Source: Clostridiaceae bacterium (GTDB lineage: Bacteria > Bacillota > Clostridia > Acetivibrionales > DTU013). Taken from it: DNA of 49,259 bases. Under the pieces are notes generated by a model. It searched no databases. It was not told where the DNA came from and saw only the letters and a program-made list of their open reading frames with translations. Of the stretch, positions 23,999 through 32,167 are shown one piece after another. The DNA lies in NCBI GenBank assembly GCA_012730015.1, contig JAAYBT010000089.1:1-49259 (forward strand). The letters are read 5' to 3'. The stretch's first letter is position 1, and the number at the start of each line of letters is the position of its first letter. A program made the position numbers and the translations under genes.

Positions 23999-26464
23999 TT
24001 AAGTGCGCTTTTTTAGCCGGATCACATTGGCAGAAAGCGCAGGCGCCTTATAGGCAAATTTTCTAGCCGAACCGGTTAGTCTATGGATAACATCACATAC
24101 ATTCTGTGGGCGTTCAAAGCTGTTTTCTGCAGTTTTTTCACCACTGACCACATATGCTTCATAATCATCCTCAACATCACAATCCAGCAAAATTTCAATC
24201 TCATCATCTTCTTCTGACATATTGACTACTTTAATAATGATTTCCGAATCTGTATCACTTACTATAGAAGTTAAAGCTTTAAAAGCCGGCACGGACGCCT
24301 CATGCAGAAGCTTGCCGTTCAGGTATAAGAGCATCCTTTTTCCATCTGCTTCATAACGGAATTGATTAAACTCTCCTATTTTCAATTCTGCTTTTGCACA
24401 AGCTGATAATTGAATGTAATGGGGAAATGCCTTTTCTTCGAAAGTACTTATTCCATCCTTAATCCTCCACAGAAAAGGATTCACATTTTCCCCATTCCAA
24501 TCCCTTGGAGGGTTTGTCTCATCGGATACATAAACCTGTTTGGGAAGTCTTGAACTATATACACCGATTGTTATTTCTCTTCCGGGGTCCGCAAAAACGT
24601 CTATCTCAAATATTCCCTCGGTCACCTCCTCTTCTCCGAAAACTACAAAGACTTTTTCCGGGTCAACACCTGATATTTTTCTGCTCTCCTCTATCTGCTC
24701 TTCATCCGGCTCTGTTATATAGAAGTCACCTGCTCTTGACTCAACACGCCCCATCAACTCATGGGTGGCCTTAACTTCTTCACCATTCCACATTGGATTC
24801 CGGTAGCGTAGCCCAGGCGCTCCCATTAAAGATCCCATTCCCTTCACAGGTCGGCAAATATCCTTTGTTTCCACTACAGAATTTACAACGTACTCGCCCC
24901 TGTTGTTACCAAACAGCTTCCAGACATAATAAGATGGGATGCCAAAGCTTTCCGAATTGTTGAAACGAATCATATTCGGAAACCATGCATTGTAATTCAC
25001 GTTCTCCAAAAGAGGCGCATAAGAAATAAAAGAGACCACATCCTGATTCCTTTCTGCACCAATAAGGAAGGCGGCTTCACCAAGAGCACCATATAACTGG
25101 CCGACATAACCCCTTACAACAGAAACCTCGCCAAGGAATATTTCAGGCCCATTTCTGTCGTAGTTGTCATAATAATGTGTGTTTTCTGCAAAATACTCAG
25201 CCGTGCTGTAAAAATGCTCATCCACAATATCCGCCGGTAAACCATGCTTTTCGACATGAGTGTTAGCGACGAATTTAATCCAGGGATAACGCTGATGGAT
25301 GGCTTCAAAGCACTTTAAATATCGCTCTTCATAATCGGGTCCGGAGTTTTCATTCCCGATTTCCATGAAATTCATCTTAAATGGCTCAGGGTGACCCATC
25401 TGTGCACGAAGCTTTCCCCATTTGCTATCCTTCGCGCCAACTGCATATTCGATGGCATCAAGCGTATCCTGGATCATGTCCTCTAACGCCTGTCCTTCCA
25501 TCATAACGGGGTTTCTGCCCTGGCAGGTCATGCCGCAGTTAAAGACATACAGGGGCTCCATATCCAAGTCTTCGCAAAGCTGCAGGTACTCATGAAATCC
25601 AAGCCCGTTATAGGTACGATAATGCCACATTAAAAGATGCCCCGGCCGTTCCCATACAGGGCCAACAGTATTTCTGAAATACATTGCCGTCGAAGGGCTG
25701 AATCCTTCTACAATACAGCCGCCGGGAAACCTAAGAAATCTCGGGTTCAAAGCTTTTAGCTTCTCAACAATGTCCTTTCTTAATCCATGTCCCATATATG
25801 TGTCGGCAGGCATCAGTGAGATAAAGCCAAATTTGATTTCCCCACCATCATGACAGCAAATTTCAAGCTTAGCATCTGTTGAGTCTTCTATAGCTGTCAG
25901 TACCGCATCATAACGAGAATAGCTGCCGCCACTTACCGTAAATTCCGTGCTGCAGAAGGTTTGATCTCCCCTCTTTACAGATACCGTCAGCCTTTTGTCT
26001 GCATCCGACTTGGCAAACATGTAAAAAGCATATGATTGGCCGGCTCTTTGAGGGATTCCGCAGTATCCAATGTTGTAGATGCATCCTCCCTTCTGGAAAA
26101 CAACCGACAGAGCTACCTGCCTTTTCATGTTCAGTGTGTCCAGGGAGTCCAGCTCCATTCTGGCTCTCTGGGAATACCAGGCCGGAATAGGGGTATAGGC
26201 TATGTCATTATCACGAACCCATCTGGATAATCCCTCTCCATGGTTAAATTCATCCCGCCAGCCGGTATCTGACACTATTGCATAGCCATTATCCTCAGTC
26301 CTGCAGTCCTTCGGTGGGATTGAATCCTCAAAGGTCCTGTTCCTAATTAGCTCAGGATAAAGTCCGCCATCTCCTGCTCTATTAATGTCCTCAATGAAGA
26401 TTCCATACAAGTTCCCCGCTATGGGAATTCTTTTCTCTGCTGTTTTAACAACAATTCTGCCCAT
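23999..26464 (-). CDS. GH51 alpha-L-arabinofuranosidase, long form with an N-terminal beta-sandwich (CBM-like) region
   Basis: 821 aa. 'YGIFIEDINRAGDGGLYPELIRNRTFE', 'FLRFPGGCIVEG' and the acid/base 'MEIGNEN'. No signal peptide. Confidence 0.8.
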   Translation of the reverse strand: MGRIVVKTAEKRIPIAGNLYGIFIEDINRAGDGGLYPELIRNRTFEDSIPPKDCRTEDNGYAIVSDTGWRDEFNHGEGLSRWVRDNDIAYTPIPAWYSQRARMELDSLDTLNMKRQVALSVVFQKGGCIYNIGYCGIPQRAGQSYAFYMFAKSDADKRLTVSVKRGDQTFCSTEFTVSGGSYSRYDAVLTAIEDSTDAKLEICCHDGGEIKFGFISLMPADTYMGHGLRKDIVEKLKALNPRFLRFPGGCIVEGFSPSTAMYFRNTVGPVWERPGHLLMWHYRTYNGLGFHEYLQLCEDLDMEPLYVFNCGMTCQGRNPVMMEGQALEDMIQDTLDAIEYAVGAKDSKWGKLRAQMGHPEPFKMNFMEIGNENSGPDYEERYLKCFEAIHQRYPWIKFVANTHVEKHGLPADIVDEHFYSTAEYFAENTHYYDNYDRNGPEIFLGEVSVVRGYVGQLYGALGEAAFLIGAERNQDVVSFISYAPLLENVNYNAWFPNMIRFNNSESFGIPSYYVWKLFGNNRGEYVVNSVVETKDICRPVKGMGSLMGAPGLRYRNPMWNGEEVKATHELMGRVESRAGDFYITEPDEEQIEESRKISGVDPEKVFVVFGEEEVTEGIFEIDVFADPGREITIGVYSSRLPKQVYVSDETNPPRDWNGENVNPFLWRIKDGISTFEEKAFPHYIQLSACAKAELKIGEFNQFRYEADGKRMLLYLNGKLLHEASVPAFKALTSIVSDTDSEIIIKVVNMSEEDDEIEILLDCDVEDDYEAYVVSGEKTAENSFERPQNVCDVIHRLTGSARKFAYKAPALSANVIRLKKRT

Positions 26465-26497
26465 AAATATCCTCTGATTACTAATCCTAATAATATA

Positions 26498-26552
26498 GTT
26501 AATCGGTTTACCTTATAAGAGAATTATATTCCACCGTATATATAAATGTCAA
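26498..26552 (-). promoter_or_regulatory. Promoter (TTGACA-18-TATAAT) plus a LacI-type operator-like 14-mer GTTAATCGGTTTAC for the GH51 operon
   Basis: On the minus strand: -35 at 26552-26547, -10 at 26528-26523, and palindrome-like GTAAACCGATTAAC at 26511-26498 (+5 to +18). The cassette is near-identical to the one at 44019-44074. Confidence 0.6.
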
Positions 26553-26659
26553 TGAAAACCTAGAAATGCTTGCACGATTTGAACACGTTGTAGTATTTTG
26601 CCGCCTTCTATTTGTGCATTATTAACAAATTTACGTCATATTTGTTACTATAACTATTT

Positions 26660-26673
26660 GTGAAACGTTTTAC
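26660..26673. promoter_or_regulatory. Second LacI-type palindrome GTGAAACGTTTTAC
   Basis: 6 of 7 Watson-Crick pairs plus one G-T around a central CG, 162 bp centre-to-centre from the proximal operator. Confidence 0.4.
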
Positions 26674-26951
26674 TGTATTTCAATAAATAGATAGCTATTC
26701 ATATAGACACAAAAAGAAGGTTCTATAATAAATGTTGGGTTGACTAAAATAGACATTTAGCTCTCCAACATTTTTTAGCATAAAAAAGGAGCATAGAATT
26801 GCAATCTCAAGTAAAATGAAGTTACGACACACCATTTGAAAGGAGATACAATGTCTGATCGAAAGCTAATTGATATATAGATTAAACCTGAAGTACACAA
26901 GGAATACACATCAGTGTTATATAATCATCTCCTAGAAAGTAACAAAGGGAG

Positions 26952-27854
26952 ATGGGGCAAATAATTACGATGTTGCCAAAAATACGTGTACATATCAAAA
27001 ATCAGCTAAAACAGTTACCAATAATACTTTTTCTATTGCCAAGCTTATGTGGTTTTCTTCTGTTTTACCTTGTACCATTCGTTGCAGGAATTGGCTATGC
27101 ATTGACAGATAACCCTATTAACGGCAAGTTTGTCGGGCTCGAAAATATCGTTGGGCTTTTCAAAAACAAGGCTTTTTTACTGGCATTGAAAAACACTATG
27201 GCCTTTATGATACCCTCTGTATTCCTTAGTAGTGTTCTGCCTCTTCTGTTAGCACTGCCCCTCCTGCGCACCGTACTATGTCCAAAGGCTGTCAAAACGA
27301 TGTTTGTATCCCCAATTGCAGTACCGGCAGCGACTATCGTTTTATTCTGGCAGATTTTTTTCGATGATAACGGAGTCATGAACCATATGCTCACAGACCT
27401 ACATATAAAACCATTGGATTGGATCAATGGACAATGGGGTATTGCGGTAGCAGTAATCGTTTTTCTATGGAAAAACCTTGGATACAACATGATTATCTAC
27501 ACTGTCGGATTAACCAATATTCCAGCTGAGTACTATGAAGCTGCAGAGATTGATGGTGCGGGGTTATTTAGAAAATTTACACATATCACACTTCCGGGAC
27601 TTGTTCCAACAATATTTTTTATCATTACCATTTCAATTGTAAACTGCTTCAAGATATTCCGTGAAATATACCTTCTCTTTGGAAGAAACCCTAATGAAAA
27701 TGTTTACATGCTGCAGAATTTTATGAACAACATGTTTCTTGAACTAAATTATCCAAAGCTTACATCAGCTGCATATGTCATAACAGCATTTATTACTTTA
27801 GTACTTCTAGCCACGTATGTAATTGAAAAGAAAGCGTCGGAGAACTATTTTTGA
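26952..27854 (+). CDS. ABC transporter permease, binding-protein-dependent MalF/UgpA-like
   Basis: 300 aa, EAA-loop 'EAAEIDGAGLFRKFTHITLPG'. Confidence 0.85.
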   Translation: MGQIITMLPKIRVHIKNQLKQLPIILFLLPSLCGFLLFYLVPFVAGIGYALTDNPINGKFVGLENIVGLFKNKAFLLALKNTMAFMIPSVFLSSVLPLLLALPLLRTVLCPKAVKTMFVSPIAVPAATIVLFWQIFFDDNGVMNHMLTDLHIKPLDWINGQWGIAVAVIVFLWKNLGYNMIIYTVGLTNIPAEYYEAAEIDGAGLFRKFTHITLPGLVPTIFFIITISIVNCFKIFREIYLLFGRNPNENVYMLQNFMNNMFLELNYPKLTSAAYVITAFITLVLLATYVIEKKASENYF

Positions 27855-27895
27855 TGTTGATATCATTTAAATTTATCTGTAAGGAAGGGGCAGAA

Positions 27896-28759
27896 ATGCA
27901 TAAGGTATTTTTTACAATTTTATTAATATTGATTGGATTAGCAATGGTTTTTCCCATGATATTCACGCTTGCTGATTCCTTTATGGCTAACTGGGAAATT
28001 TCAGAGTACTATAATGCTGATGAAAAAGCGGAAAAAGCACCGGCTTCATCTGAGTCATACATGGATTTCAGGCTTATCCCTTATGAGGCTACACTCCAGC
28101 AATATAAAACGGTTCTTATTGCACGGCCACAATACCTATTCATGTTCTGGAATTCATTAAAGCTTGCGCTGCCCATAGCAATCGGTCAGCTTATTATTTC
28201 AGCAATGGCTGCATATGCCTTTTCATTACTAAAATCAAAATTCGCAGGAACACTCTACTTTACCTATATTGTCGTAATGCTTCTGCCATTTCAGGTGACA
28301 CTTGTCCCGAATTATATGATAGCTCAAAAGCTTGGCATGATGGGCAGCAGTCTTTCTATTATATTGCCGGGCATTTTTGGAACCTTCGGAGTATTTCTTT
28401 TAAGGCAATTTGCCGTTTCCATACCAATTAGCTATATAGAAGCTGCAAAAATTGATGGAGCAGGGCATTTTAGTATATTTATCAAAATTGTACTTCCGCT
28501 GTTGAAGCCGGGGATGGCAGCTCTTTTTATACTGTTGTTCATGGATAACTGGAATATGGTGGAGCAGCCTTTGATCTTTCTGAGTGATCCACTCAAAGAG
28601 CCTCTGTCTGTTTTTCTTTCAACCATCAACGATGAGGAGCCAGGCATTGCCTTTGCGGCCGCTTTTATCTACATGCTCCCAATGATACTGGTCTTTTTGT
28701 ATGGTGAGGAGGATATGGTCAATGGCATTGGAATTCAACTTGCAGGAATTAAAGGGTAG
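27896..28759 (+). CDS. ABC transporter permease, MalG/UgpE-like
   Basis: EAA-loop 'EAAKIDGAGHFSIFIKIVLP'. I prefer ATG 27896 (AAGGAAGGGG 5 nt upstream); the track start at 27851 is a TTG. Confidence 0.85.
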   Translation: MHKVFFTILLILIGLAMVFPMIFTLADSFMANWEISEYYNADEKAEKAPASSESYMDFRLIPYEATLQQYKTVLIARPQYLFMFWNSLKLALPIAIGQLIISAMAAYAFSLLKSKFAGTLYFTYIVVMLLPFQVTLVPNYMIAQKLGMMGSSLSIILPGIFGTFGVFLLRQFAVSIPISYIEAAKIDGAGHFSIFIKIVLPLLKPGMAALFILLFMDNWNMVEQPLIFLSDPLKEPLSVFLSTINDEEPGIAFAAAFIYMLPMILVFLYGEEDMVNGIGIQLAGIKG

Positions 28760-28763
28760 TAAT

Positions 28764-30017
28764 ATGGAGGATAAAATGAATGTAGTAATTAATGGCATGA
28801 TACAACCAACAAGAAAGAAGATTTTAAGGCGTACAATATATATATTTGTTGCCGTATTGCTGCTACTTACTTTTTTGTCGAGCACGATCAATAACCTGGG
28901 ACTTATACGTGTTGTAGCCGCTGACGTCGGATCCGGCAGACTCTCATATGATTTTGAAAACGATGTGATTGTGACTCCGCAACAGATAGAGGAAATATAT
29001 CTGAATCGTGCGCTCAAGGTAGATAGTATAAAGGTTGAAAAGGGAGATATTGTATCGAAGGGGCAATTACTTGCTGAATTTGATGTAGATGAGCTATCAA
29101 AGGACTTGAGCCTAAAAGTTTCGGAGTTGGAAAGTAAAAAGGTAGAGACAAATCTGGCCGTCAACGTAAGCAGTCTGGCTATTAAGAATGCCGTAGAAAA
29201 GACTGCAGCAGCACAAAAAGCCCATGATGACGCTATTGAGCTTTATGAAGCAGGGGCTGAAACTGCTGCAAACATAGAAAAGATGAAAATCGCTCTCGAA
29301 GATGCAAAAAGTGAGTATGAAAAGCTTCAGGCTGAAAAGGCAGCAACGGCAGCCAAGGCGCACATCGAGCTGAAACAGCTTGAAGAAAGCATCCTTTCAC
29401 TTCAAACAGATATTAATAGGTTGAAAGCCCTTTATTCTCCTGTTGACGGCTATATATGGGAGATTGGTATAAATAGGGGTGCTACAACCGATACTGCAAA
29501 ACCAGTTTTTAAGATTGCCGATAATAGCAGAGGATTTCATGCTGAATTTACTGTAAAAACACAAGAAGGTAAGCACCTAGTTGTGGGAGATAGTGTGACG
29601 GTTCGTATTCCATCACTGGAAAATGTAAAAATGGATGCGAAGATCAGCTCAATCGATCTTGTAAGGGCTGATACAGGTAATGCCCTGAAAATAAATCTTA
29701 TATTTGACAGAGCTGATTTAAAGGGAGGTGAGCTAGCGGAAACATCTATAAAAAAGTCATCCGGTATATATAACTTGATCATTCCTAATGCAGCAATCCG
29801 TGTTGATACGAATGGCAGGAAGTATGCGTATGTGATAAAGGAGAGGAAAAGCTCAATTGGTAAAGAGTATTACCTTCAAAAGGCCTTCATCTATGTCAGT
29901 GCTTCAGATAATGTAAATACGGCAATATCAGATGGATTGAAGCCGTTCGAAAAAGTGGTGATCGAGAGTTCCAGCACTGTGATGGCCGGTGACAGAGTTA
30001 AGATTCAGAGGGATTAG
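28764..30017 (+). CDS. HlyD-family membrane-fusion (periplasmic adaptor-like) protein
   Basis: 417 aa from ATG 28764 (alternative ATG at 28776). One N-terminal TM 'IYIFVAVLLLLTFLSS'. Lipoyl-like 'VEKGDIVSKGQLLAEFD'. An Ala/Glu/Lys-rich predicted coiled coil. 'YSPVDGYIWEIG' and a C-terminal beta-barrel-like region. Confidence 0.75.
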   Translation: MEDKMNVVINGMIQPTRKKILRRTIYIFVAVLLLLTFLSSTINNLGLIRVVAADVGSGRLSYDFENDVIVTPQQIEEIYLNRALKVDSIKVEKGDIVSKGQLLAEFDVDELSKDLSLKVSELESKKVETNLAVNVSSLAIKNAVEKTAAAQKAHDDAIELYEAGAETAANIEKMKIALEDAKSEYEKLQAEKAATAAKAHIELKQLEESILSLQTDINRLKALYSPVDGYIWEIGINRGATTDTAKPVFKIADNSRGFHAEFTVKTQEGKHLVVGDSVTVRIPSLENVKMDAKISSIDLVRADTGNALKINLIFDRADLKGGELAETSIKKSSGIYNLIIPNAAIRVDTNGRKYAYVIKERKSSIGKEYYLQKAFIYVSASDNVNTAISDGLKPFEKVVIESSSTVMAGDRVKIQRD

Positions 30018-30073
30018 TATAAGGGTACAAATTAAACGCAAAAATATGATATTATGTTAAGAGAGGACTCATT

Positions 30074-31462
30074 ATGAAAAGGATATGTTCAATAGTACTT
30101 GTTCTATTATTAATATTAACTTCTGCAGCATGCAGCAGTAAAGAAGAAGCTGACATTTCTACAATTGGGAATGCTGATAAAACACCCGTACAAACTCCGG
30201 AAGCTGCGGATACAAAAGCTCCTGTATTAGATATGGGCAAGGAAGACAATACAAGAATCACCATTGCAACGAGTATGCAGTATAACAGATTCCTGGAGAT
30301 CGCTGTTGAGAAATTTCAAAATGATAATCCCGGAATTATTGTTGAAATAAATAGCTATACCAGCATGGGTGAAACCCTGACACAGCAAACCGAAGATGGC
30401 GGCATGTTAGTTGTTAGTGAGAATACCGATCCGGGAGGAGAAAAGTATATAAAAACAATAAATACAGAACTGATGTCTGGTGCTGGCCCGGATATCATTG
30501 ATACATATTATGTTCCTTGCGGAAAATTTGCCGACAATGGCTTCTTAACAGATATGCGCCTGATTATGCAGCAGGACACCAGCTTTGATATCAGTGGATA
30601 TTATGAGAACATTATGCTTGGAAATCAATATAAGGGTGGGCTATACTCCATACCGCTCGGATTTATAGTAAATATGCTCTCAGGTAAATATGTTCTCCCT
30701 CAAGAAACCATATCGAAGGGCTTCACCTGGGACGCGTTTTTTAAGACAGCAACCGATCTGCTGGCAGCCAAGGGAGTGAAGGAACCATATGTTTTATATG
30801 AGGGTGAAGAAGATCTATTCAGAGCATTATGGAATAGTAATTACAGCAATTTCATAAAGGAAGATACGAAAGAATGCAACTTTACCTCCGGAGAATTTGT
30901 TGATCTAATAAAAATGATTAAAGACGCTGCGGATAAAAGGTTTCTGTATCATTCCGTAGAGCAGGCGGCTTCGGATAAGAGCTGGGAGAATATATACTTT
31001 TATCAAAGCTTTTTTGATGCATACTTGCTGGAAGCTTATAATAACCCAAAGGAGGGCAATTTTGCCTGCGGGATTCCATCCTCTACCGGCGACTCCATTA
31101 TAAGTGCCGATATATTTCAGGAATATGGGATAAACAACAATTCCAAAAGCAAGGGTGCAGCGTGGAAGTTTCTAAAATATCTCATTTCGGAAGAAATGCA
31201 GTCATCACCTGAATTATTTTTATTTCCTATAAATAAAAATGCCATGGCTGCGAAAATCAAAAGAGAGAATAGTGATGCTGTACAAATAGATAGGACAGCT
31301 TATGATCCGGTATTTTTAAAAATTATTGTGAATCCGGATAGGGATTGGCAAATTTCGGAAATCGTAGCGGAAGAAACAATGAAATACTTTGAGGGACAAA
31401 GGACTGCTGAGGATACAGCCCGTATTATACAGAGCAGAGTTGATATAATGATCAAGGAATAA
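30074..31462 (+). CDS. Extracellular solute-binding lipoprotein (family 1)
   Basis: 462 aa, lipobox 'LTSAAC', SD GAGAGGA. Confidence 0.8.
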   Translation: MKRICSIVLVLLLILTSAACSSKEEADISTIGNADKTPVQTPEAADTKAPVLDMGKEDNTRITIATSMQYNRFLEIAVEKFQNDNPGIIVEINSYTSMGETLTQQTEDGGMLVVSENTDPGGEKYIKTINTELMSGAGPDIIDTYYVPCGKFADNGFLTDMRLIMQQDTSFDISGYYENIMLGNQYKGGLYSIPLGFIVNMLSGKYVLPQETISKGFTWDAFFKTATDLLAAKGVKEPYVLYEGEEDLFRALWNSNYSNFIKEDTKECNFTSGEFVDLIKMIKDAADKRFLYHSVEQAASDKSWENIYFYQSFFDAYLLEAYNNPKEGNFACGIPSSTGDSIISADIFQEYGINNNSKSKGAAWKFLKYLISEEMQSSPELFLFPINKNAMAAKIKRENSDAVQIDRTAYDPVFLKIIVNPDRDWQISEIVAEETMKYFEGQRTAEDTARIIQSRVDIMIKE

Positions 31463-31483
31463 TAAATAGTGGAGATGCTGTAA

Positions 31484-32167
31484 ATGGATAATAAGGTTTT
31501 GCTTGTGGAAGATGATGATAGTTTGAGGGAAATCATAACCGATTATTTTGAACAGGGTGGCTTCATTGTGGAAGGAGCTTCTAGTGGATTGATGGCGCTC
31601 GAATTGTGGGAAAACAGCAAATATGATTTGGCGCTTTTGGACATCATGCTGCCTGAAATTGATGGATTCTCGCTATGCAGGCGCCTTCGAAAAACTTCTG
31701 ATATACCAATCATCATCATTACAGCCAGAGATGACGAGGATGATAAAATAATCGGCTATGAGCTTGGTGCGGATGATTATGTAACCAAACCCTTCAGCGT
31801 AAAATTTCTCCTGGCAAAATCACAAAACCTCATCAAAAGGTCGAATGGAACAATCGGCAGCCAAACGGCGAATGTTCTCGAAGGGGCCGGCATCAGGGTT
31901 GAACTGCTTTCCAGAAATGTAACCATAGACGGTCAAAGGATAGAGCTTTCCCCAAAGGAACACGACCTGCTGGTTACATTGATGGAAAACAAGGATCGGA
32001 TTATGACAAGAGAAATGCTCCTTGAAAAGGTCTGGGGATATGATTATTTTGGCGATTCAAGAGCCGTTGACACCCATATACGCAGACTTCGGGCAAAATT
32101 GGGCAGCAAAGCTATACACATAAGTACACGGATGAAAGCCGGATATAAATTTGAGGATAGCTTATGA
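31484..32167 (+). CDS. OmpR-family response regulator
   Basis: 'VLLVEDDDSLRE', 'LDIMLPEIDG', and winged-helix 'VWGYDYFGDSRAVDTHIRRLRAKL'. Confidence 0.9.
   Translation: MDNKVLLVEDDDSLREIITDYFEQGGFIVEGASSGLMALELWENSKYDLALLDIMLPEIDGFSLCRRLRKTSDIPIIIITARDDEDDKIIGYELGADDYVTKPFSVKFLLAKSQNLIKRSNGTIGSQTANVLEGAGIRVELLSRNVTIDGQRIELSPKEHDLLVTLMENKDRIMTREMLLEKVWGYDYFGDSRAVDTHIRRLRAKLGSKAIHISTRMKAGYKFEDSL

Noticed and set aside
26732-26776. 7-bp stem (ATGTTGG...CCAACAT) followed by T6 in the divergent spacer; considered as a terminator or sRNA end
   Set aside because: The stem is short with a 26-nt loop. No upstream plus-strand transcription unit would need it. The evidence is too weak.
28619-29164. 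181-aa minus-strand Ser-rich ORF
   Set aside because: It is antisense to the coiled-coil region of the HlyD-like gene. Its low-complexity composition mirrors the Ala/Glu/Lys coiled coil, and it has no start context.
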